In this document: positions 53,156 to 64,000 of the stretch, in pieces
How the letters are laid out: every line of letters begins with the position of its first letter
Numbering within the stretch: position 1 is the first letter of the stretch
Assembly: GCA_951406725.2 (NCBI GenBank)
Contig: OX597821.1
Span: forward strand, 1,550,001 to 1,614,000
Length of the DNA: 64,000 bases
Direction: 5' to 3'
DNA from: Octopus vulgaris
Lineage: Eukaryota
The notes under the pieces: generated by a model
Database searches by the model: none
What the model was told of the DNA's origin: nothing
What the model saw: only the letters and a program-made list of their open reading frames with translations
Program-made: the position numbers and the translations under genes

Positions 53156-53989
53156 GTCATCGATATGTTTGACTAAAATAATATGCTTAAAGGTGTAAGA
53201 CTGATAGCGGTACGAAAAAAAAAGATAGTTCCATGTAATACACATGTAATAAATAGTTGTAGTTGGTACGAAAAGTTTACTGAAATATTGCAAAAGGAAA
53301 ACGAAAAAAAATTTGAGTAGAGATAAATAACTCACAGGTATAATTATCGATGCAGCTAGGATACAATTTGTTTGAATGTAAGATCTAATTTTCAACAGAA
53401 ACATAACAGTTTACTAACAAAATACCGACACGGGTTTTCACGGAAAATTTCTATTCCATCGACATATTATTTGTTTTTATCCAGGAAAACATTCATCATA
53501 TGAAATCTATGTCAAGCAGAATTAAGCCCTGGGCTTAATCTTGTTTATTATGTTGTTTTTGTTTTTTTTGTTGTTGTTGCTATTGTCGTTTGTGTTTTTG
53601 TTTGTGTTTTATCAAGAGTCTGCCAGGAAGTCTTGTAATTATGGATTTTTCAGCCATGATCGAACTATGCTTCTGTATATAATGGACCAAATCATTTATT
53701 GTGTTCTTTATTTTTGAAAGCTATAGTTTGTGATTTAAGGGCTATCTATATCCCTAAAATTGCAAATTACAATCTTATCTAACTGTGTTGATTACTGAGA
53801 TTGTAGTGTGTTAAAATTTTAAATATAGTTCATGTATTTTTATATTTTTTATGTTTTATATTTTTTAGATTGTAATGTATAATTTCTAACGTAACCGTTA
53901 GAAACGTTCCAATATTTCCATTAGTCATATTTCAATGATATTGTGTTAAATAAAGCTGTTCTCTGTATAACTAAAACTATGACTTTTGA

Positions 53990-54054
<65 letters not shown>

Positions 54055-54289
54055 CTCTACATGGTTTATAAATATTGTAAAAATATCTGCAAAACAGATC
54101 TTTCTCAAATTAGAAACTAATTGTCTTAAAAGTATGAGAACACGTTCGTATGATGTTCTTTTAAATACGTTATGTTTGCAATAAAGAACGGGATGGCTAC
54201 GGCTAAAATGCTTTTGAATATACGATAAGTTCAGTCTCGGTGATGCTTAGCCCTGTCGTGAGCTTTTGGACTCCAAAAGCCTAAGTTTA

Positions 54290-54632
54290 ATCCAGTTTCC
54301 ATGGCGTATGGCACTCCGACAGTTACGACAGTGAGGGTTCCAGTTGATCCGATCAACGGAACAGCCTGCTCGTGAACTTAATGTGTAAGTGGTTGAGAAC
54401 CACACAGACACATGTACCCTTAACGAAGTTTTCAGGGAAATTTAGCGTGGCACATAATGTGACAAAGCTGGCCCTTTTAAATACAACTAATACTCATTCT
54501 TGCCAGAAGGGTGGACGGGAGCAACGTGAAATAGAGTGCCTGGCTTAAGGATAAAAAAGCGTCGTCGGGAATTGAACTCACGACTTTACGATCGTGAGCC
54601 GAATACCCTAACCACCAAGCCACGCGCCTTAG
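54290..54632 (-). mobile_element. SINE family D variant
   Basis: Head aaggcgcgtggcttggtggttagggtattcggctcacgatc on the minus strand. Confidence 0.75.
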
Positions 54633-56225
54633 CTCATGGGGTAGAAATAACTGAGGCTACAACAGCGCTTCTATGGACAGGATGCCGGTCCGTAGGATTA
54701 AATTCCCAGTGTTTTTTTTCGAAAACATACCCGTTCTTGAATCGAAATCGAAACTTGAAATCAAAACTTTCCCGTGCTGGAATCGAAACCACGACTTTAT
54801 GATCATGAATGCAACACCCTAACTATTAGGTCATGTGATTCCACAAGCTCAGAAATGACCTAGTGTTAAACAACAAAATGTCTGTTATAGCTATCCCTGG
54901 AGAAAATTATCTGATATCGTTTCAGAATATGAGAGAAGTGAATCTTCATAGTTTTACGTGACTCAACTCTGTGCGTATGATAATCAAATAAAAGCTCATA
55001 TTTGCTTTCAATGTAACAATATTTTACCCGACAATAAGCTCTGCACGATGCGTTGCAATATTCTTCTCAAAACATGAGAGCTAATTGTATTTTGTGACAT
55101 TTCCATTCTTAGATTTCTCTATTCGTCTCAGTCACTGAAGATCAGTCATGTTGCAGCATTGCTTTCAAAGATTTGATTAGTTGAAATCTACTCCCTTACA
55201 TTCAAACCGTAGCTATTCTTATCGAGTCAAGGTCAGGATGAAAAGCCAAGCTGGGCTTCCAGAAATCTGAACTCAGAATATAAAAGGGGCGTAACATATT
55301 ATGGCCAAACCTTTTATTTTCTGCTTCTCTACCGATTCTGCCACAGCGTTGCCATCGTGTTTTTTTCTCTCTTTATTCCCCTTTTCGTTTCTCCTGATTA
55401 AGCTTCGTAAATACTTTTCTGTTATCTCTAAAACTGAGAACCATTACTATTTCATGATCGTTTCAAAGATGAGGACCACATCCCGCTTTTAGCATTTATC
55501 ATGGCCTATTTTATATGAAAAAAGTTCTTTCAATTATAATTTTAAAACGATAGATAACGACGGTTACTATCGTCAAATTTTGAACTTCAGAGACTTTCCT
55601 ATATCTTTTCTCCCGCAAAAGGCAAAAAAAATTCGTCTAAAATCCACTTTACCATCAATAAATCTACTTTCCCTAATGATAAATCATTATCTCGTTTTAT
55701 ATCTCTAATCAGTGGTATAATTAGAGTAAAATTACTATTTCTGAAGTGAACTAGCAATTCCTCTTTTAATTTACCGGGAAACGCTCGTTAATACAAAGAC
55801 AGACAGGTACAGATGCGCACACATATTGAAAAAATATCTACAATATATCTGATCTCCACTCCAGAGCTTTAGTATATAATAACTGCATATATATATGTAT
55901 ATATATACCCAATCATAAGTATGTATATGTGCGTGGGGTCAAAGCACACAGATCTATAAATGCATTAATATCAATGTTTTACACATGCCCAGGTGTGCAT
56001 ATACAAATATACATATATACACTATTACATATATATTTATGTATATATACGTTTATATATTTGTTGTACAAAATTTTTTATGTGTAGTCGTGTGTTGAAA
56101 CAGATATTATTATATTTCGGAATGGTCATTTTGCCAGTTTAGCCAATAAAAACACACGCACAATATATTTGGTGTTACTTTGCTTCAGTGTTATTTATTT
56201 TTTACATTAATCTTAATCTTATTTC

Positions 56226-56270
56226 GGCCAGAGTTCTTTCGTCACACTCCTGGGACCGCATCAGTGGTCC
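56226..56270 (-). ncRNA. Hammerhead-like motif (variant core CUGAUGC-G)
   Basis: Minus strand: GGACCA-CUGAUGC-G-GUCCCA.GGAG.UGUGAC-GAAA-GAAC-UC^UGGCC; the other arm supplies GUCACA, giving a perfect consensus stem II. Confidence 0.6.
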
Positions 56271-56391
56271 TTTATTTTCTTCTTTCTTATTTGTGTCTCT
56301 CCTTACTAACCGTCGGCCATTTTGTAGAAATACAAAATGGCTGACAAAATGGTTTGTAAAGAGAGACACAAATAAGAAAGAAGATAACAAA

Positions 56392-56436
56392 GGACAACTG
56401 ATGCGGTCACAGGATAGTAAAGAAAGAACTCTGGCC
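56392..56436 (+). ncRNA. More decayed mirror copy of the hammerhead-like motif
   Basis: ggacaa-ctgatgc-g-gtcacaggatagtaaa-gaaa-gaac-tc-tggcc. Confidence 0.45.
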
Positions 56437-56555
56437 GAAATAAGATTAAGATTAATGTAAAAAAATAAATAACACTGAAGCAAAGTAACACCAAATATAT
56501 AGTGCGTGTGTTTTTATTGGCTAAACTGGCAAAATGACCATTCCGAAATATAATA

Positions 56556-56628
<73 letters not shown>

Positions 56629-56646
56629 TGTATGTATGTATGTATG

Positions 56647-56699
<53 letters not shown>

Positions 56700-57616
56700 G
56701 TGTGTGTGTATGTCTGTGAGTAAAGTGTATCTTTGTATTGTATGTAAACACGCATGTATATAGGGGTATGTGTGTATTTACAAATATGCTCGTTAGCATT
56801 ATAGCAGAACGAACAACAATTGTTAAAAATCATCGACAGCAGTAACAAGAAGAAAAGGACAAAAAAACGTAAATAAAGTACAAAAATACATCATGAAGAA
56901 GAAGAAGAAGAAGAAAAATGTGTATAATAAGCACATAAAATAATTTCTCCCGCCTTCCTTAAATACACAACTGAAAAGCGCGGCTCTGATAGAAACCAGG
57001 AGCCCCTGCCTGAAAATACAACCTGCTAATACAAGACACACACACACACGTATAATACACACATGTAAGCTCACAAGCGCACCCGCATCTACTCACGCAT
57101 GCGCATACACACACACTGAGATAACACAAATAAATCTCAGCATTAATCAAATAAGGAAACACAAACGAATAAAAAAAAAAATAAAAGAGAGAAGAGCAAA
57201 AACAACTGGCAAACATTTGTGTGCATCATAAATGAAGGGAACACGCTGTACAACCCCCATAGAAAGTAATTAGCAGCTATAATGTTATAATAACGAACAC
57301 AGCACAGCACATGTCATAATAACAACTTGAAGTCCCTTTACTACGCTACAACAGCGCGCAAATTCCTTTATTACTCATTTTTCTAAAATGAGTCACCCGA
57401 AAATAAATAAAACAAAAAGAAGTAGTAAAGAAATTTCAAAAAAAAAACCAAACAAAGAATTTGCAATGTTAGTTGGAAACTAGCCACTCCACACAAGGAC
57501 CCCCTATGTTGTCGTGTGTTACACTAGAAATAGCAGCTATATTGGTTTTAAATCACATACCCTTAAATACGTCTTAAATACAAAGATGGATACACATTAC
57601 ACAATATAGTGACCAT

Positions 57617-58115
57617 AAGGCGGCGAGCTGGCAGAAAGGTTAGCGCGCCGGGCGCAATGTTTAGCGGTATTTTGTCTGCCGCTACGTTCTGAGTTCAAAT
57701 TCCGCCGAGGTCGACTGTGCCTTTCATTCTTTCGGGGTCGATAAATTAAGTACCAGTTACGCACTGGGGTCGATATAATCGACTTAATCCGTTTGTCTGT
57801 CCTTGTTTGTCCTCTCTGTGTTTAGCCCCTTGTGGGTAGTAAAGAAATAAGTATTTCGTCTGCCGCTACGTTCTCAGTTAAAATCCCGCCGAGGTCAACT
57901 TTGCCTGTCCTTGTTTGTCCCTCTATATTTAGCCCCTTGTGCGTAGTAAAGAAATAGTTATTTCGTCTGAGTCCTGAGTTCAAATTCCACCGAGGTCGAC
58001 TTTGCCTTTCATCCTTTCGGGGTCGATACATTAAGTACCAGTTGCGTTCTGGGATCGATCCGCTCAACTGGCCCCCTCCTCAGAAATTTCTGGCATTGTG
58101 TCTAGAATAGAAAAA
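57617..58115 (+). mobile_element. SINE family B trimer
   Basis: One head, three core/tail units; probable TSD tagt(g/t)acc(a/c)taa. Confidence 0.85.
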
Positions 58116-58172
58116 AATTAAGTAGTTACCCTAAAATAAACTAAAACAAAATAGATAATAAAACAATAAACA

Positions 58173-58355
58173 TAGGTGCAGGCATCACCGTGGTATAAGA
58201 AGTCTGTTTATCAACTGCAGAGTTTTGTGTTCGGTACCAGTGCGTGCACCATGGGCAAGTGTCTTCTACTATGGTCTCAGTCTGACTAAAGACTTGTGAG
58301 CGGGCTTGATCAATGGAAACTGCGGAAACCTGTCATATGCAATGTGTGTGTGCGC

Positions 58356-58428
<73 letters not shown>

Positions 58429-58630
58429 TGTATATACCTGTCTTTATGTTTCAAATTTCCTCTACCACCGCTTGACATACCGTTGTTGGTTGTTGATGTC
58501 CTCTTTGCGGTTCGGCGAAGAGACCGATAGACAACGAACTTGTCCTAAAAAACAAAGGACTGGGGTTGATGAGTTCGATTAAACTCGTCAAAAGCAACAG
58601 CCCCAGTTGAAAGACTGAAATAAACAAAAT
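58173..58630 (+). mobile_element. SINE family A, diverged
   Basis: Head, (TG)n and 3' module recognisable. Confidence 0.7.
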
Positions 58631-58816
58631 ATGAAAAAAGCAAACAATCAATAAACAAAAACAAAAATAAAACAAAAAGTGATAGAACAGGGATGAAAAC
58701 CAGCCCCAAAAGAACCCGCTATGTAGTCGCATTACATGCTAGAAATACCAGCCGTATTTGCTTCGACTCACACAACCTTCAGTTCTTAAAAAATATAGCA
58801 TGCGCTACACAATATA

Positions 58817-59432
58817 CTTTCCTACTCTAGGCAAAAGGCCCGAAATTTTAGGGGAGGGATCCAGTCAATTAGATCATCCCCCAGTACGCAACTGGTACTT
58901 AATTTATCGACCCCGAAAGGATGAAAGCCCAAGTCGACATCGGGGGAATTTGAACTCAGAATGTAAAGACAGACGAAATACCGCTAAGTATTTCGCCGGC
59001 GTGATAACCTTTCTTATTTCTTTATTGTCCACAAAGGGCTAAACATAGAGGGGATAAACAAGGACAGACAAAGGGATTAAGTCAATTACATCGACCTCAG
59101 TGCGTAACTGGTACTTAATTTATCGACTTCGAAAGGATGAAAGGCAAAGTCGACCTCAGTGGAATTTGAACTCAGAACCTAGAGGCAGACGAAATACCTA
59201 TTTATTTACTACCCACAAGGGGCTAAACACAGAGAGGACAAACAAGAACAGACAGACGGATTAAGTCGATTATATCAACCCTAGTGCGTAACTGGTACTT
59301 ATTTAATCGACCCCGAAAGGATGAATGGCAAAGTCGACCTGGGTGGAATTTGAACTCAGAACGTAAAGACAGACGAAATACCGCTAAGTATTTCGCCCGG
59401 CGTGCCAACATTTCTGCCAACGCGCCGCCTTA
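58817..59432 (-). mobile_element. SINE family B multimer
   Basis: Three core units; head at 59380-59432. Confidence 0.85.
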
Positions 59433-61424
59433 TATAGTTACTCCCCGATACACGGAAAAACAATTACGGCTGATTATTATTTTTTGCAAGGTTTTCGTGC
59501 GTGATCTGTCCCTTTATGACATACTTCAATGTTTGCCTTCATTTTTGTTATTGCTTCGTTTATTTATTTCCCCTTGATGTTTCATTATATATTTGATAAA
59601 CGTTGAGGTTTATTACAGTAGCGTTTGTATTTGTGTACATATATGTATTATGTTGTATGTACATATTGATGTCAATGCGTGTTCATATGCGTGGTGTAGT
59701 GTGATATTGTCAGGTTGTATTTCAGGCCATGTCTGGTTTCTATCAAATCCGCTCCCTGTTTCAACTCGTGTATTTTAGGGAGGCGAGAGAAAATGTTTTA
59801 TGTACGTTGTGACATGTATTTTCTTTTTGATTTGTATTTTTATTTTCTTCCTTAACTGTTGTTCATGTGGTATATGAGCAACGATATCAACAAACATGTT
59901 AACAAACAGAATCACTGCGTGTATCAAAAAAACATTATTGCATCTCAACGCACCTAAATATGAGCAACGCGCATAGAGTGGCCTCGCGATCGCTCCAGAG
60001 GATGGGCTCAGTAAACTATCAGTTAACCTCTATAATATAATACATGCCTAACATACCAAAAATTACATCCCAAAGGCTAGGTTTTCGCTTCATAACCAGA
60101 AAATACCTAATTTTTCGAAACGTATTAATTTTCCACAATGTCAATTTGTTACTCCATGTATTACTGTTCCTATGTATGTGATGGCGTTGCTGCACAACCA
60201 TCCTAAACCAAAGAAAATACAGAGAAATGTTCAGCATGAAGTCAAAAGCATTCACCTTCCGACGCAGATATATTTTGTCCTTCCCTTCCCTCATTTTGTT
60301 TCTCTCTCGTTCTTTGTGTCTCACCTCTTTCAGTTGTAACTATACTGTGCTCCTCCGACGAGACTAGTTTCGGATTATTTTCACTTATTCCGATCGCAAA
60401 TAATTTGTTTGTCCTTCTCTTTGGATTTATGCTTATCATAGCTTCTTGTTGACTTTGTGGTAATTCGTTCTGTTCCACTTACCCGCTTTTTTTACAGCTG
60501 CAGCAATTTTGACTTACTCTATTAATAGATCAGGTACGGGACTTGAGGTTTATACACCCAATTTACACTGGCGCAACAGATTTTTCTACTGTCTATTTAG
60601 GTAGGACTGAAAATTTTAGATAAAGTACAAAAAAATAGAATAATCGAATTTATTGTTTCCAATCTCCTTCAGGCCCCAACTACACGCTACCACCACCACC
60701 ACCACCACCACCACCACCACCATCAAAATGTCAGACCTCTGGGACTCTGTGTCTGGACATGCATTTGTTGCAGTCGTGCCAAGTTTCAAATTCTTTTAGG
60801 AAGTTAGAGGAATCGATCCCATCAACTTTCGAAAGCTATTCAAAGGTGTGGGTCATGTCCATTCTTCCCGATGCATTTAATATAAAAAAAGAGCCTGTTA
60901 ATGGATGGAACGCTTTTGATCATAAGTATGATTCACTCGAGTTAATAATAGTAATACATCCAGTGAGCTTCCATAAAAGAAAAATGGCCACAACCTCACA
61001 AATGTAGTCGGTCTCTGGATGTGTTCAATGCAAAGTAAATTTTTGAATCATTGAACCATGCAATTACTTGCTACATAATCGAGTTATTGAGAATGCTAAC
61101 TATTGTTTTCCGCTCGCCTCAACACATAGATATGATCTTATGTAGAATTCATAATTTATGTCAGTGAAAATCAAACCTGTTTGGTGAAGATTCATGAGTT
61201 CTTTCTCGGTGGACAATGGCGCGTACATTAAGCTCCGTCATCTGTTCAGAAGGGTATTTCACAATTTTCTTTTTTCACGAAACAGTCGAAGACATCCGTC
61301 ATACAAGAAACGCAGAAAGACACATATATTCATGACTATGTAAACTATAGATATTATTAGATTTTTAAAATTCAGAAAGCAAAATTTAAATTGCGTGACG
61401 AATTGTACTGTATAACAATTCGAT

Positions 61425-61730
61425 GTTTTGTTTGTTCCTTCTCAAGCTATGTCTGGCTCATAGGGCCGGTTTCCCGGTTTTCTTGGCGTATAGGTTCCTC
61501 ACCTGGATGGAACGCCGATCCGTCGCAGGTGAGCTGCAAGATGCAGGAGGAAAGAGTGAAAGAAAGTTGTGGCGAAAGAGTCAGCAGAAGTTCGCCATTA
61601 CCATTTGCCGGAGGGGCGTGGCGCTTAGGTGTTTTGCTCATAAACACACACATCACCGGTCTGAGATTCGAACCCGCGAACCCTCGACCGAGAGTCCGCT
61701 GCTCTAACCACTAGGCCAAGTGTCTTCACA
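61425..61730 (-). mobile_element. SINE family C
   Basis: Reverse complement of 51534-51830. Confidence 0.85.
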
Positions 61731-62065
61731 ATTCGATGTTTGAGTTTCAATATATAAATCAAAAACTTCAACTATCTTGATCCACCTTGTTCTACATATA
61801 TGCCAAAAAATGAGAAATTCGAAATTCATAGAAATTTTAATTCAGATTTTCATTTTACCCCTTGTGTCTGATTAGTGTGTATGTATTAAGTTCAGTTCGA
61901 ATTGATATTTGATATTTCGAAAACGTAATTCTGAATTTGGAAATTCAAAATTAGTTTAGTTTACCACGGACCTTTTTGCTCAGTACATCACTTAGAACTA
62001 ATAATTCAAAGTACACTGAATATGGTTGCTTTATCAGTATAAAAATAATATATGTATAAATTTTA

Positions 62066-62242
62066 TAGGCGCAGGAGTGGCTGTGTGGTAAGTAGTTTGC
62101 TTACCAACCACATGGTCCTGGGTTCAGTCCCACTGCATGGCACCTTGGGCAAGTGTCTTCTACTATAGTCTCGGGCCGACCAAAGCCTTGTGAGTGGAGT
62201 TGGTTGATGGAAACTGGAAGAAGCCCGTCGTACATATATATG

Positions 62243-62293
<51 letters not shown>

Positions 62294-62540
62294 ATGTATA
62301 TGTATATGTGTGTATATGTTTGTGTGTCTGTTTTTGTCCCCCCAACATCCCTTGGCAATCGATGCTGATGTGTTTACGTCCCTGTAACTTAGCAGTTCGG
62401 CAAGAGAGACCGATAGAATAAGTACTAGGCTTACAAAGAATAAGCTCTGGGGGCAATTTGCTCGACCAAAGGCGGTGTCCAGTATGGCCACAGCCAAATA
62501 ACTGAAACGTATAATAGGATAAAGAAAAAGAATAAAGAAT
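62066..62540 (+). mobile_element. SINE family A
   Basis: Full copy with internal (TA)n(TG)n. Confidence 0.9.
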
Positions 62541-63070
62541 ACTCCGATGTTGCATAATTGCAGTCACAAACTTCAAAATAACGCTAGAGTAGAGCCAACA
62601 GTCATTTAATGGTGAAAATTTTAGTGAATTCACAACTGGGGGATGTCTTTTATGTTAGAAATCTACATTACTTGATCATAAAAGCAACAGTTGTCCAAGC
62701 AACCGATTCAGTGCAGGGTAAATTGAACCGAATTTATCTCAGAAAGCCATATATCTGCAGATTTCATTTCAGTATAGCTGAAACAAATTCACTCTGGAAA
62801 AAGATCTCTCCAAGATGCTGGGAATTCCACAATGGTCACTATGTAATCGTTCTTTCACTATATAGATATAAGAAGAAACATTTATACACGTACACATACA
62901 GATGCAACTATATATGTATAGACATACATGCATGATATAAATATGTATATATATGGTTATATATGTATATAGATTTATATATATGAATCTATACATGCAT
63001 ATGTATATACATGTATATATGTATGCATGTATGTATGTATGTATGTATGTATGTATGTATGTATGCATGA

Positions 63071-63114
<44 letters not shown>

Positions 63115-64000
63115 GTGTGTGCGCATTTCAATAAATTTGTGGTTAGAAACGAAGAAAACATATCTGAATATATAAAATAGAGTTTTGGTATTTCAATCAT
63201 TTATCTTAAAAAGGTTTACGTTTCCATTATTTAAATGATAAGCAATGTAACACTATAATAAACATATTAATGGACATAGCAAAATGCATTTAGTCATCGA
63301 GATTTGACAGGTGAACCTACATCCCTTCCAAAATGTATTCTATAATTATTTATACAAGTTTCCTGCGCAAAACACCTGATATACTAATCTATTCGGCTGT
63401 TAGTTTCGTACCTTCATATTCATGTTTACAATACACAAAAGCAACGTCGGCTGCCGTTCTTCTAGTGTCGATGAGAAGCTGAATTTCCGTGTGACTCTAT
63501 TTCAGGGTATGGCTAATCCATTAGTAAAGAATAAACTATTTAAGCGAAATGGTTGTTGAAAATTCCTTAATAAATTTCTGATACCTTGTTCAAAATTGCT
63601 AAAGACTTGTGTATTCAATAACACAAATGTATTAACTAATTTTTTATATTAATATTTTACAAGTACCAGTTACAGTTGGAGAGTGAAGTGATAAAGCATA
63701 TTTCAGCTAGAGATTTTTTTATATGGGATTTCTCTGTTATTTACGTGAGAGAATATCATTTGACAAAGGAATGCTTTAAAAAACATATAGCTATTACAGA
63801 TACTTGAGTTGTTACAATTACGCAGACGGGAATTCTTTGTGCATGTTTGTACGGGAAAGTGATCTTTCATGTATATTGGTAATCGAAGCAGGAAAGTTTT
63901 CGGGGCAACTGTGACTCACGTTAATGCTCTTTCTATCAAAGACTTTGTGACAACAATTATCAACATGGAAATGCATATTATATGGTTTAAGTAAACACTG

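Larger units (their letters stand above)
56104..56559. mobile_element. 456-bp near-perfect palindrome with a hammerhead-like motif in each arm (Penelope-like fold-back)
   Basis: Arms pair around the loop gaaa at 56327-56330; the right end abuts (TA)n. Confidence 0.8.

Noticed and set aside
60019-60535. Non-repetitive ORFs and splice-like signals
   Set aside because: No recognisable protein motif; candidate exons are short or contain stops, and similar signals occur by chance.
61236-61315. ctgttca...cgaaacagtc hammerhead-like spacing
   Set aside because: Core has several mismatches and stem II is not convincing.

Overview
AT-rich, microsatellite-saturated eukaryotic non-coding DNA. Its SINE families look like those of Octopus (cephalopod); this assignment is from recognition, not a search. 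I found no supportable host protein-coding exon, and nearly all track ORFs are translated microsatellites or SINEs. The window holds at least four tRNA-head SINE families, decayed DNA transposons (Chapaev3-like, two mariners, a fold-back DD41D-like Tc1/mariner, hAT and piggyBac-like MITEs, Helitron pieces), an ORF1-only L1/Tx1-like retrocopy with a 16-bp TSD, and a ~6.7-kb duplication straddling a 100-N gap (probably an uncollapsed haplotype). The main discovery is a set of short, mutually unrelated, non-coding elements, mostly embedded in (TA)n tracts, that carry type I hammerhead ribozyme motifs with self-complementary stem III. They cluster at 20.6-25.9 kb and recur at 47, 50-51 and 56 kb. 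Some have terminal direct redundancy (429- and 564-bp units, retrozyme/circular-RNA-like); others are fold-back inverted repeats (Penelope-like pLTR remnants). A second finding is that three different retro-inserts landed at the same nucleotide (GTGGT^AAG) in the head of one SINE family.
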